DNA of 64,000 nucleotides from Thermoanaerobaculia bacterium. GTDB lineage: Bacteria; Acidobacteriota; Thermoanaerobaculia; Multivoradales; Multivoraceae. Positions 1-9,400 of this stretch are shown piece by piece (within the stretch, counting starts at the first letter, position 1; each line of letters starts with the position of its first letter). The stretch spans positions 480,001-544,000 of the forward strand of contig OY762911.1 in assembly GCA_963666565.1 (NCBI GenBank), read 5' to 3'. A program made the translations under genes and the position numbers. Below the pieces are notes generated by a model, which was not told where the DNA came from, made no database searches, and was given only the letters and a program-made list of their open reading frames with translations.

Positions 1-775
1 GGCTTTGCGCCACGGTGTCGGAGAACACCTCGCTGTCCGGGCGCGCGAAGTAGACGTGCTCGAAGACGCACCGGGAGGCTCTGGCCACCGGCGGCAGGCG
101 GTAGCTCTCGATCCGGTCGCCGCGGGCCAGGACGACCTCGCCGCGGGCCAGTTCCCGGAGGGGTCGAGCCTCCAGCAGGTCGAAGGCGCACGTCTCCGAC
201 GCAAAGCACGGCTGGCCGTCCAGCTCTCCCAGAATCAGGGGCCTGAAACCGTGAGGATCCCGGGCGGCGATCAGCCCTTCCCGGCTGATGAGCAGCAGAG
301 AGTAGGCGCCCCGGACGTCGCTCAGAACGCGCAGCAGCGACTCGACGACTTCGTGATGCGGCCGGGTCGCCATCAGGTGGAGAAAGACCTCGGAGTCGCT
401 GGTGGTCTGGAAGATCGATCCGGCCGCTTCCAGTTCCCGGCGGGTCGTCATGGCGCTCACCAGGTTGCCGTTGTGAACGATGCCGAGCGGGCCCATGGAG
501 GTCATGACCACGATCGGCTGCGCGTTCGCGATCACGCTCGATCCCGCCGTCGAGTAGCGGGTGTGTCCTATGGCGCGTCCTCCGGGGAGTTCCTCCAGCT
601 TCCGCTCGTCGAAGATCTCGGCGACCTTCCCCATGCCGCGCTCCGCATGGAGTTGCTCTCCGTCCCAGGAGACGATCCCGGCGCTCTCCTGGCCGCGATG
701 CTGCTGCGCGTACAGGCCCAGGTAGGTGAGGTTCGCCGCGTCCCGCGCGCCCTCTATGCCGAAGATGCCGCACAT
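1..775 (-). CDS. purF: amidophosphoribosyltransferase (5' part; runs off the window edge)
   Basis: The minus strand from ATG at 775 reads MCGIFG...QHRGQES, the Ntn-amidotransferase N-terminus. It lies directly downstream of purL. It is absent from the ORF track because it has no stop codon in the window. Confidence 0.93.
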   Translation of the reverse strand, partial: MCGIFGIEGARDAANLTYLGLYAQQHRGQESAGIVSWDGEQLHAERGMGKVAEIFDERKLEELPGGRAIGHTRYSTAGSSVIANAQPIVVMTSMGPLGIVHNGNLVSAMTTRRELEAAGSIFQTTSDSEVFLHLMATRPHHEVVESLLRVLSDVRGAYSLLLISREGLIAARDPHGFRPLILGELDGQPCFASETCAFDLLEARPLRELARGEVVLARGDRIESYRLPPVARASRCVFEHVYFARPDSEVFSDTVAQS

Positions 776-781
776 CGCGGC

Positions 782-3034
782 CTAGCCTACCGCTCGCGGC
801 AGGGCTTCCGTCCACACCCGCCGCAAGCCGTCGACGGCGCGATCGACCGCCCCGCCGTCGAAGTCCACCGCCAGGCGATCGCCTCCCACGTCGCCGATCT
901 CGCTGGCGGGCACTCCGAGTTCCTCCGCCGCCGCCAGCAGCTCGTCCGTCCCGGCGGCCGCAACGGTGACGATCGCTCGCGCCTGGCTCTCCGAGAACAG
1001 CGCAAGGGGACCGCAGTCGACGGCGCCCCGCAAGCCGAGGCCCCGGGCCATCGCGCACTCGGCCAGCGCGACGAGCAGACCGCCCTCGGCGAGATCGTGG
1101 CAGCCGCTCAGCCAACCGGCTCGCCGCGACCGGCGGAGCAGCGCGCACAGCGCCGCTTCGGCCTCCAGGTCGACTGCGGGCGGGCGTCCCGCTTCGACCC
1201 CGTGCAGAAGGCGCTGGTAGGCCGAGCCGCCGTACTCTCCCGCGTCGGAACCGAGCAGGACTACCCGGTCGCCCGGCCTCCAGAAACCGCACCCCAGCAC
1301 GCGGTGAAGATCCCCCTCCGCCCCCACGTCTTCCAACCGGTCGATGACGCCGACGATCGCCACCGTGGGGGTCGGATGGACCGCCTCGCCCTCCGTCTCG
1401 TTGTACAGCGAGACGTTGCCCGAGATGACCGGCACGTCGAAAGCCCGGCAGGCCTCGGCCATCCCCTCGATGCACTCCCGGAGTTGCCAGGCGATGCCGG
1501 GGTTCTCCGGCGAACCGAAGTTCAGGCAGTTCGTCATACCCACCGGCTCGGCGCCGACCGTCGCGAGATTGCGGACCGCCTCGCTCACGGCCTGCCGTCC
1601 GCCCATCCGCGGTTCGAGCCAGCAGTAGGACGGGTTGACGTCCGACGTCAGCGCCAGCGCCGAAGGCGTTCCCTTCAGCCGCAGCACCGCGGCGTCCGAG
1701 CCCGGACCGACGATCGTGTTCGAGCGCACCGTCGAGTCGTACTGGCGGTGGATCCACGTCTTGTCGCCGAGTTCCGGCGTCCCCAGGAGAGTCTCGAGCG
1801 CCCGCAGCGGATCCTCCGGCGGTTCGCAGTCGACGGACTCCTCGCGACGGCGAAGGTCCTCCGGCGGCGCCGCCGGGCGATCGTAGACGGGCGCTCCGTC
1901 GACGAGCGGTTCGACCGGCAAGTCCGCGACGGTGCGGCCGCCTGACGTGAGGCGCGCGCGCCCGTTGTCGGTAACCCGGCCGATCGTCGACGCCTCGAGT
2001 CCCCACCGCGAGAGGATCCGGACGACGGCCTCCTCCTGGCCCTTCCGGGTGACGAACACCATCCGCTCCTGGGACTCCGAGAGCATGATCTCGTAAGGCG
2101 TCAGGGAAGCCTCGCGCAGCGGCACCAGATCGAGATCGATGTCCACCCCCGCGCCGCCGCGGGCGGCCATCTCGAAGCAGGAGCTGGTCAGGCCGGCGGC
2201 GCCCATGTCCTGCACACCGAGCACCACGCCGCTCCTCATCGCCTCCAGGCTCGCCTCGAGCAGGACCTTCTCCGTGAAGGGGTCGCCCACCTGGACGGTC
2301 GGCCGCTTCGCTTCGCTCTCTCTGTCGAACGCCTCCGACGCCATCGTGGCGCCGTGAATCCCGTCACGGCCGGTCCGGCTGCCCGCGTAGAGGATCGGAT
2401 TGCCGGCGCCGGAAGCGGCGGCGGTGAAGATCCGGTCCTGGCGGCAGACGCCGAGCGCGAACGCGTTGACCAGGATGTTGCCGTTGTACGACCGGTGGAA
2501 GCCGGTTTCGCCTCCGACGGTGGGGATGCCGACGCAGTTGCCGTAGTCCCCGATGCCGCGCACGACGCCGTCGACGAGATGCCGCATCCGCGCGCCCCGC
2601 TGGCCGTCGATCTCGCCGAACCTGAGCGAGTCCAGGCAGGCGATCGGCCTCGCTCCCATCGTGAACACGTCCCGCAGGATGCCTCCCACGCCGGTGGCAG
2701 CGCCCTGGTAGGGCTCGATGAAGCTCGGGTGGTTGTGGCTCTCCATCTTGAACGCGGCCACCCAGCCGTGGCCGATGTCGACGACGCCGGCGTTCTCGCC
2801 CGGCCCGTGGACCACCCGCCGGCTGCGGGTCGGGAACCGCCGCAGATGGATCTTCGACGACTTGTAGGAGCAGTGCTCCGAGTAGAGGGCCGAGGCGATG
2901 CCCAGCTCCGTCCAGGTCGGCGCGCGGCCCAGCAGATCGCACAGTCCGCCGAACTCCTCGCCGGTCAGGCCGTGATCGGCCGCCAGCGCGGCATCGACGA
3001 CCGGCTCGCCCGTCGCGGCGCTCGACGTCGTCAC
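782..3034 (-). CDS. purL: phosphoribosylformylglycinamidine synthase subunit PurL
   Basis: [37 protein letters not shown] and SESQERM motifs. Confidence 0.97.
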   Translation of the reverse strand: MTTSSAATGEPVVDAALAADHGLTGEEFGGLCDLLGRAPTWTELGIASALYSEHCSYKSSKIHLRRFPTRSRRVVHGPGENAGVVDIGHGWVAAFKMESHNHPSFIEPYQGAATGVGGILRDVFTMGARPIACLDSLRFGEIDGQRGARMRHLVDGVVRGIGDYGNCVGIPTVGGETGFHRSYNGNILVNAFALGVCRQDRIFTAAASGAGNPILYAGSRTGRDGIHGATMASEAFDRESEAKRPTVQVGDPFTEKVLLEASLEAMRSGVVLGVQDMGAAGLTSSCFEMAARGGAGVDIDLDLVPLREASLTPYEIMLSESQERMVFVTRKGQEEAVVRILSRWGLEASTIGRVTDNGRARLTSGGRTVADLPVEPLVDGAPVYDRPAAPPEDLRRREESVDCEPPEDPLRALETLLGTPELGDKTWIHRQYDSTVRSNTIVGPGSDAAVLRLKGTPSALALTSDVNPSYCWLEPRMGGRQAVSEAVRNLATVGAEPVGMTNCLNFGSPENPGIAWQLRECIEGMAEACRAFDVPVISGNVSLYNETEGEAVHPTPTVAIVGVIDRLEDVGAEGDLHRVLGCGFWRPGDRVVLLGSDAGEYGGSAYQRLLHGVEAGRPPAVDLEAEAALCALLRRSRRAGWLSGCHDLAEGGLLVALAECAMARGLGLRGAVDCGPLALFSESQARAIVTVAAAGTDELLAAAEELGVPASEIGDVGGDRLAVDFDGGAVDRAVDGLRRVWTEALPRAVG

Positions 3035-3040
3035 CGCCGA

Positions 3041-3760
3041 CTACCCGCCCGCCGCCTGGACGCCGGCGCGGCCGCCGCCGGCCGCCACCGCTCCCGCCAG
3101 GAGGCCCAGCCCGTCCCGGTTGCCCAGCAGCTCTTCGGCGCAACGCTCGGGATGCGGCATCAGGCCCAGCACGTTGCCACCGGCGTTGCAGACGCCGGCG
3201 ACCGCCCGCGCCGACCCGTTCAGGTTGGCCGCCGGATCGAGCCCGCCGGCCGCGTCCACGTACCGGAAGACGACCTGGCCCCTGCGCTCCAGTTCGTCGA
3301 GCGCCTCTTCAGTGTCCGCGTAGTTGCCCTCGGCGTGGGCGATCGGCATCCGCAGCACGTCGCCGCGCCGGTAGCGCGAGCACCAGGCCAGGTCGTCCCG
3401 CTCGACCCGCAGGTGGACGTCGACGCTGAGAAACCGCAGGTCGCGGTTGCGCCGCATGGCGCCGGGCAGCAGGCCCGTCTCCAGCAGCATCTGGAAGCCG
3501 TTGCAGATGCCGAGCACCCGTCCCCCGGCCTCCGCGTGGCGCCGCACCGCGCCCATGATCGGCGAGTGCGCCGCCATCGAGCCGGCCCGGAGGTAGTCGC
3601 CGTAGGAGAAGCCGCCCGGCAGGACGATCAGTTCGCATCCCTCCAGCGACGTCCGCTGGTGCCACAGGAACGTCGTCTCCTGCTCAAGCACGTGGCTCAG
3701 CACGTGGTACACGTCGTGGTCGCAGTTGCTGCCGGGGAAGACCACGATCCCGCACTTCAT
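3041..3760 (-). CDS. purQ: FGAM synthase glutaminase subunit PurQ
   Basis: FPGSNCD, PGGFSYGDYLR, GICNGFQ and MPHPER motifs. Start placed at MKCGIVV (ATG 3760). Confidence 0.96.
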   Translation of the reverse strand: MKCGIVVFPGSNCDHDVYHVLSHVLEQETTFLWHQRTSLEGCELIVLPGGFSYGDYLRAGSMAAHSPIMGAVRRHAEAGGRVLGICNGFQMLLETGLLPGAMRRNRDLRFLSVDVHLRVERDDLAWCSRYRRGDVLRMPIAHAEGNYADTEEALDELERRGQVVFRYVDAAGGLDPAANLNGSARAVAGVCNAGGNVLGLMPHPERCAEELLGNRDGLGLLAGAVAAGGGRAGVQAAGG

Positions 3761-4047
3761 TCCGGGATCCACTCCACCGTGTAGTCCTCGACGATCGGGT
3801 TGGCCAGCAGGCGCCGGCACATCCGGTCCACCGCCTCGTTGGCCTCCGCTTCGTCGGCCGCCTCCAGCGCCACCTCGAAGCTCTTGCCCGCGCGGATGCG
3901 GCGCACGCCATCGAACCCGATGCGGCCGAGAGCGTCCTCGATCGCCCGGCCCTGGGGGTCGAGCACCTCGGCGCGCGGGTACACCAGTACGCGGGCCACG
4001 AAGCGGCCTTCCGATCCTTGTCCGTGGGGATTCGTCCGCAACGTCAA
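3757..4047 (-). CDS. purS: FGAM synthase subunit PurS
   Basis: VLDPQG and LLANPIVEDY motifs, overlapping the purQ start. Exact start uncertain. Confidence 0.93.
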   Translation of the reverse strand: MTLRTNPHGQGSEGRFVARVLVYPRAEVLDPQGRAIEDALGRIGFDGVRRIRAGKSFEVALEAADEAEANEAVDRMCRRLLANPIVEDYTVEWIPE

Positions 4048-4048
4048 C

Positions 4049-4948
4049 TCAACTCCTCCCCGCGGCGCTCAGACCGCCGACCTCCAGCCAGGGTCCCGGC
4101 CGGTGCTGCTCGGCCACCACGAGCCTTGCCCGCGAGCGGCGCCGGTCGAGCACCGGCCTCACCGCCGCGGCGGCGAACGCCGGGGTGTTGTTCGTCTTGG
4201 AGAGGTGGCAAAGGACGATCCAGGACAGACGATCCGAAAGCAGAGCCTCGATGCCGGCGGCGGCGTCCTCGTTGCTGAGGTGCCCTCGCCCCGAAGCGAC
4301 TCGCTCCTTGAGGCGCCAAGGGTATGGCCCCGTGCGCAGCATGTCGAGATCGTGGTTCGATTCCAGCAGGAGAATGTCGAGATTCCGGAGACTCCTCCAG
4401 GCCTCCGTTGTCCGGCGCCCCAGGTCGGTCGCCAGGCCGAGCCGGTATCCGCCGCCGCTCTCCACCACGATGCCGACCGGCTCCCGCGCATCGTGGGAGA
4501 CCGGGAACGTCTCGATCCTGAACCCTGCGGCGGCGAGCGGAACTCCGGGACCCATCGGGCGGGCGAGGGCGCCGAGGCCGCGCAGCAGCGGCCCCCTGTA
4601 TGTGCCGCGCGTGCCGTAGACCGGTACCCGGTGCCGCCGCGCGAAGCGATCGACCCCCCGGCAGTGGTCGTCGTGCTCGTGGGTCAGGAGAACCGCATCG
4701 ACGTCGGCCGCGGAGCGGCCCACCGCCTCCAGGCGGCGTTCGAGCTCCCGGCACGAGAATCCGGCATCGAGCAGCAGGCAGCCCTCGCCCGACTCGACGA
4801 TCATGCTGTTGCCGCCGCTGCCGGAACCGAGCACGACGGCCCGCAGCCCCGCGCCTCCGCCCGTCCTGCGGCGGCGCGCCTGGAGCTTCGACTCGCGGGC
4901 GGCGGCCGCCAGCGCGCCGTCGCCGAAGAGCGGGAGTTGCCGGCGCAA
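4049..4948 (-). CDS. MBL-fold metallo-hydrolase (YycJ/WalJ-like)
   Basis: C-terminal part of ORF 4049..7456: LGSGSGGN, THEHDDH, VSHDA, ESNHD, GHLSN, HLS. The TTG start at 4948 is a guess. Confidence 0.85.
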   Translation of the reverse strand: MRRQLPLFGDGALAAAARESKLQARRRRTGGGAGLRAVVLGSGSGGNSMIVESGEGCLLLDAGFSCRELERRLEAVGRSAADVDAVLLTHEHDDHCRGVDRFARRHRVPVYGTRGTYRGPLLRGLGALARPMGPGVPLAAAGFRIETFPVSHDAREPVGIVVESGGGYRLGLATDLGRRTTEAWRSLRNLDILLLESNHDLDMLRTGPYPWRLKERVASGRGHLSNEDAAAGIEALLSDRLSWIVLCHLSKTNNTPAFAAAAVRPVLDRRRSRARLVVAEQHRPGPWLEVGGLSAAGRS

Positions 4949-4955
4949 GCTCCTG

Positions 4956-5065
4956 CTAGCGCCCCGCAACCCCTCGCGGACTCGGTGTTTCGGCCCATCC
5001 CGTCCGCACGGCGGCGCCTGCGTCGCAGAACTTGCTTCGCTGCGTTCCGCGGCGCAAGCTCCTAG
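4956..5065. mobile_element. 110-bp CTAG-bounded MITE-like element, copy 1
   Basis: CTAG at both ends (4956-4959 and 5062-5065). Aligns end to end with the reverse complement of 57737..57846. Confidence 0.6.
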
Positions 5066-7974
5066 AACCGCTGGCCGATCCAGAACGTCGTGCGGCTGTC
5101 GCCCGACTCCTTCAGATCCCACTGGGTCGCGAAGTCCCAGTGCAGATCGAGGCCGAGCATTCGCACCGTGATGCCGAAACCGTAGGCCGCGATCGCGTCG
5201 TCGAGCCGGCTGTTCTCCGAATCCCAGACGTCGAAGTCCTGGATGCCGTCGAAGTAGGCGCCGGCGATGTCGAGGAAGAAGCGGCCCTGGATCCCCTGGA
5301 AGGTCCAGATCGGGGTGACGAAGAAATCGACCAGGGGGAACCGCAGCTCCAGGTTCGTGAAGAAGCCGTGGTCGCCGACCATGTCGCGGAAGTCGACGCC
5401 CCGTACCGTGTCCAGACCGCCGAAGTACACCGGATTGGGGAAGTTCCCGGTCCTCATGCTGCCGAAGAGCCGGGTCGCGAAGACGCTGCGCCGGGTCAGC
5501 GGGAAGTACTTGCGCGCGTCGAGCTGGAACGTCTGCGTCAGTGCGCCGGAGGTCTCCAGATCGGGGGCGTACTCCGCCGACAGGCGGTAGCGGTGCCCGC
5601 TCGACGGTCCCGCCGGCCCGAACACCGTCGTGTCGCCGACCAGGGCCGTCTGGATCACCGGATAGTCGTCTTCCCGCGGCTGGACGATCGGGATCGGCCG
5701 GCCGAAGTCGTCGAAGACCAGGTTGAAGTCGCTGTCGTACGCATAGGCCTGATAGTCGAGCTTGCGGCGGATGTAGCCGGCGCCCAGCTCGAACCGCCGG
5801 TAGAAGCTCATCGGGTAGGAGATGGAGAAGATGGCGCCGGTCTGCTGGAAGAAGGACCGGCCCCGTTCGTAGTACCCGTAGCGGTAGTCGTAGCCGACGT
5901 AGAAGGCGCGGTCGTCGAACAGCGACACCTGCCACTGCAGCCGGTTCGAGAGGTTCAGGTAGGTCACGTTGAACATCGAGAAGCTCTCGATCGAGGCGAA
6001 CGTGGTGAACAGCCGGCGGTCCCCCAGGAAGTCCGAGAACTGCAGGTAGACCTGGCCCAGGAAGGTCTGGTTGTCGTCGACGCCGACCGCGGTCTGGGCA
6101 TCCTCCAGGAACAGTCTCCAGCCCCGCTTGTCCTCCTTGTTCGACTCGTCGATCGAGACCTGGATGTCCGGCTCGAAGAGATCGATCGCCGGGATCGGCC
6201 CCGCGATCCGGCCCACGTCCACCATCCGGACCTCGCCGATCGGTTCGTCGATGTCCGTCTCGTAGAGGTCGAACCGGCCCTGCCAGAAGCCGGTGTACAC
6301 CAGCCGGTCGTCGCTCCCGGCCCTGCCCAGAACGGTCGGCTGGAAGCAGCCGGTGATCGCGTTCGTGTACTGCCGGAGTTCGCCCGTCTCGACGCTGAGC
6401 CCGAAGATGTTCTCGGCGCCCGTGCGGTCCGAGGTGAAGTACACCGTCCGGTCGTCGCTCGAGAAGACAGGGTCCGTGTTGTGGTGCTCGTCGCTGCTCA
6501 GGCGAACGCGCTCGTTCGTCTCGAGGTCGAGCCGGAAGAGCTGCGCCTTCTCGCCCGGAACCGAGGAGAAGACGATCCACTTGCCGTCGTGCGAGTAGGA
6601 CGGAGAGCCGTCGAAGACCTCGTCGTTCGTCAGGTTCCGGATCTCCAGCGACGCCAGGTCGAGCTGGAAGATGTCGTATTGCCCGTTCTGGTTGCCGCCG
6701 AAGGCGATGCTTCGGCCGTCCGGGCTCCACGCCGGCGCCGTCTGCTGCTCGATCTCCATGTCGATGACCCGGCGCACGCCCCCGCCCAGCACGTTGACGA
6801 TGGCCAGGGAGTAGCCCGCCTCCTTGCGCACGAAGGCGGCCAGCGAGTTGCCGTCGGGAGAGAACGCCAGATCGCTGCCGTGCTTGCGCCCCAGGGTCAG
6901 CATCTGGGCGACGTAGTGGCGGAAGTCCGCCGTGTAGCCCTTCGTCAGATTGCGAACCGGCTCGCGTTCCTGGGTGTCGAAGAGAACGATGTCGACGTCG
7001 CCCTGGAAGGTCGAGTACGCCGCCACCAGGTCGCCCGACGGCGAGGCCACCGGCGACGTCTCCTGGCTGCCCTGGGGACGGGTGCGGAACGGCCGACCGA
7101 AGTCGCTGGGTTCGCCGGTCGCCACCAGTTCGGGCAGGTAGCGGTTGCGGAGCCAGCGGCGGAACTCCAGGTCGAAGTCCTCGGGGTCCATGCGGAAGGC
7201 CCGTTCGATCGCCCGGCCCACCCGCGAGCCGATCGTGTTCCGGAACTCGAACAGGAAGTCGATCACCCCGTCGGCGCCCCAGCGCTCCTCCATGAAGTCG
7301 AACGCGGCGTGGCCGTAGCGGTAGGCGAAGAAGCCGCTCGCCTGGCCCGAGGTGATGGGCGGCAACCGGTCGTTGACCACGGCGTCCCGCAGGTACATCC
7401 GGTCGGAGGCGCTCTCGTCCTCGGCGAAGTAGCTCGCCATCCCCTCCATCAGCCACTGCGGCGGGCTGTTCGTCATCGCCCGTCCGAGGCTGCCCCCGAA
7501 GAGGATGTGGTACTGGAAGATGTGGGTCAGTTCGTGGAGGATGAGCTCGTAGAGTTCGACGTCCGGCAGGTCGATCGGCAGGACCATCCGGAAGCGCGCC
7601 GACGTGGCGAACGCCGCGACCCCCTCCGGGATGAAGTTGACCATCACGTTGTTCTGGAGGAAGTCGGAGTGCGTGTTGTAGACGATCAGCGGCGTAGGCT
7701 CCTGGATCTGGTAGTCCAGGTCGAGCGACAACTGGTCGTACGCGCTCTCCGCGAGCGAAGCGACCTTCTGCAGCAGGGGCTCGCTCTCGGAGTAGTAGTA
7801 GATGTCGAAGTGGGTCGAGTGGTAGATCCGCCAGTCGAAGTCCTCGTAGCGGATCTTGTTCTTGCCGAAGCCCTGCGCCTCAAGGCCGGCGGCCGAGCAG
7901 ACCAGCAGGGCGCAGGCGAGGGCGGCGACGCGGGTGGCCGGCATGGCGGCCGGCCGGATTGGTGCTGAGCTCAA
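5062..7974 (-). CDS. Omp85/BamA-family outer-membrane protein with N-terminal zinc-peptidase (HExxH) and PD40/TolB-like propeller domains
   Basis: Signal peptide, LHELTH plus WLMEG gluzincin motifs, repeated (A/W)SPDG PD40 motifs, GGLDTVRG barrel motif, terminal Phe (WIGQRF). Confidence 0.8.
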   Translation of the reverse strand: MSSAPIRPAAMPATRVAALACALLVCSAAGLEAQGFGKNKIRYEDFDWRIYHSTHFDIYYYSESEPLLQKVASLAESAYDQLSLDLDYQIQEPTPLIVYNTHSDFLQNNVMVNFIPEGVAAFATSARFRMVLPIDLPDVELYELILHELTHIFQYHILFGGSLGRAMTNSPPQWLMEGMASYFAEDESASDRMYLRDAVVNDRLPPITSGQASGFFAYRYGHAAFDFMEERWGADGVIDFLFEFRNTIGSRVGRAIERAFRMDPEDFDLEFRRWLRNRYLPELVATGEPSDFGRPFRTRPQGSQETSPVASPSGDLVAAYSTFQGDVDIVLFDTQEREPVRNLTKGYTADFRHYVAQMLTLGRKHGSDLAFSPDGNSLAAFVRKEAGYSLAIVNVLGGGVRRVIDMEIEQQTAPAWSPDGRSIAFGGNQNGQYDIFQLDLASLEIRNLTNDEVFDGSPSYSHDGKWIVFSSVPGEKAQLFRLDLETNERVRLSSDEHHNTDPVFSSDDRTVYFTSDRTGAENIFGLSVETGELRQYTNAITGCFQPTVLGRAGSDDRLVYTGFWQGRFDLYETDIDEPIGEVRMVDVGRIAGPIPAIDLFEPDIQVSIDESNKEDKRGWRLFLEDAQTAVGVDDNQTFLGQVYLQFSDFLGDRRLFTTFASIESFSMFNVTYLNLSNRLQWQVSLFDDRAFYVGYDYRYGYYERGRSFFQQTGAIFSISYPMSFYRRFELGAGYIRRKLDYQAYAYDSDFNLVFDDFGRPIPIVQPREDDYPVIQTALVGDTTVFGPAGPSSGHRYRLSAEYAPDLETSGALTQTFQLDARKYFPLTRRSVFATRLFGSMRTGNFPNPVYFGGLDTVRGVDFRDMVGDHGFFTNLELRFPLVDFFVTPIWTFQGIQGRFFLDIAGAYFDGIQDFDVWDSENSRLDDAIAAYGFGITVRMLGLDLHWDFATQWDLKESGDSRTTFWIGQRF

Positions 7975-7984
7975 CTGCTCCTCC

Positions 7985-8731
7985 TCAGGGCGTGAAGATC
8001 ACGCGCGAGACTTCGATGTCCTTCTGCGTGAAGACGCCCAGAATGCGGTCCTCCAGGGCGTACAGGTTCTCGAACATCCCCTGCAGCGGGTCCGCCTGCT
8101 CGCCCTCGAAGCTCTTGAAGTCCTTGAAGTTGTCGTTGTAGATCAGTTCGCCGGTCGAACCGTCGAAGACCATGACGACGATGTCGTACTCGAAGCCCGT
8201 CTGCTCGACGAGAACCTGCCGGTACATCGTGCGGCCGTCGAAAGGCGAGATGTACTCCTCGGTGCGGTAGCCCGACCGATCCTGGATGTCGAAGTCCAGG
8301 GTGCCGGCGAGGATCAGGTCCGACTGCGTACTCTCGCCGAGATTGCGCCAGAAGTCCTCGTCCCTGGCCAGCATCTCCAGGTCGTAGGTCGGGTAGTCGA
8401 TCCGTCCCGCCTCGACGATCCGCAGGTCCGTCTCGCGGCGGAGCACCTTGTTCAGGTAGCGCTCGAACTCGCCCTGGACGTCGATGTCCGACCCTTCGAT
8501 CCGGCCCTCGCCTTCCTGGCTCACGACCAGGAACGGCGCCGGCAGCAGGGTGTCGCGGCCCGCGAGGTCGATGCGCGCCCGCATGGGCAGCTTGAGCCTC
8601 ACTTCGACGGTGCCCTGGGCGCTCGCCGGAACCGCCGTCGACGGCGCCAGCAGGCCGGCAAGGAAACCGGCCGACACCACAACCGCCAACGCATTGCGGG
8701 CGGCCGATCCTCTACTGGCAACTTGCGTCAC
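7985..8731 (-). CDS. exported hypothetical protein
   Basis: 248-aa ORF with a signal peptide and typical codon usage, co-oriented with the Omp85 gene. Confidence 0.75.
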   Translation of the reverse strand: MTQVASRGSAARNALAVVVSAGFLAGLLAPSTAVPASAQGTVEVRLKLPMRARIDLAGRDTLLPAPFLVVSQEGEGRIEGSDIDVQGEFERYLNKVLRRETDLRIVEAGRIDYPTYDLEMLARDEDFWRNLGESTQSDLILAGTLDFDIQDRSGYRTEEYISPFDGRTMYRQVLVEQTGFEYDIVVMVFDGSTGELIYNDNFKDFKSFEGEQADPLQGMFENLYALEDRILGVFTQKDIEVSRVIFTP

Positions 8732-8816
8732 GCGTCACCTCCAGACCGTCGGGGAAGCAAGAACCGTTCCACCACCTCGCCGGGCCAACCGCAGCCGCCG
8801 CGTACCGGAGGGCAGG

Positions 8817-9305
8817 TCACCGGGCGCCGGCCAGCGGTTCGTTCCCGCCGCCTCCGCCGTTCCCGGTCGCCGCCGGCTGGCCGGCTTCCTCCGCGGCGGC
8901 CGGCGCCTCTTCCTCGCCGTCGCCGCGGTCGCCCTTGAAGTTCTGGTAGTACTCGACGAAGCGCGAGTAGTTCCGCCGGACGTCCCGCTCGCGAGGCGCG
9001 AGCCGCAGGGCCTGCCGGTAGTAGCCCAGCGCTTCCTCGAACAACCCCAGCGCTTCGTGCGCGACGGCGATGTTGCTGAGGATGGCCGGGTGTTCCGGCT
9101 CGATCCGGCGCGCCTGCTCGAAGCGGAACAGCGCTTCGCTCCAGAGGCCCCGGCCGGCCATGTCGACCCCGAACTGCCACTGCTGTTTGGCCTCCGGGGC
9201 CACCTTGCGCTTCTGCGCCCCGGCGGCGCCCGAAACGGTCGCCAGGACGAGCGCTCCGGCGATCAGGGGCAGAACGCGCGGACGGCGCTGAGCGGTGCGC
9301 GTCAT
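8817..9305 (-). CDS. exported tetratricopeptide-repeat protein
   Basis: Signal peptide and TPR-like helices (GLWSEALFRFEQA...ILSNIAVAHEALGLFEEALGYYRQAL). ATG 9305 is preceded by TATACT. Confidence 0.8.
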   Translation of the reverse strand: MTRTAQRRPRVLPLIAGALVLATVSGAAGAQKRKVAPEAKQQWQFGVDMAGRGLWSEALFRFEQARRIEPEHPAILSNIAVAHEALGLFEEALGYYRQALRLAPRERDVRRNYSRFVEYYQNFKGDRGDGEEEAPAAAEEAGQPAATGNGGGGGNEPLAGAR

Positions 9306-9400
9306 CGAACCAGTATAGATCACGGACCCGGATTCCGTCTCTGTCTCTAGCGCCGTTCCACGCCCCTGCGAGGGCGCACGACCGAAGAGGAGACAGCACG

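Noticed and set aside
4941-5063. 14-bp direct repeat CGGCGCAAGCTCCT as the TSD of the 110-bp element
   Set aside because: The right-hand copy aligns inside the second element copy at 57.7 kb, so it is part of the element. CTAG boundaries fit both copies better.
4049-7456. 1135-aa ORF as a giant fusion protein
   Set aside because: Only the last 300 aa or so are protein-like (MBL fold). The rest is an off-frame shadow of the Omp85 gene.
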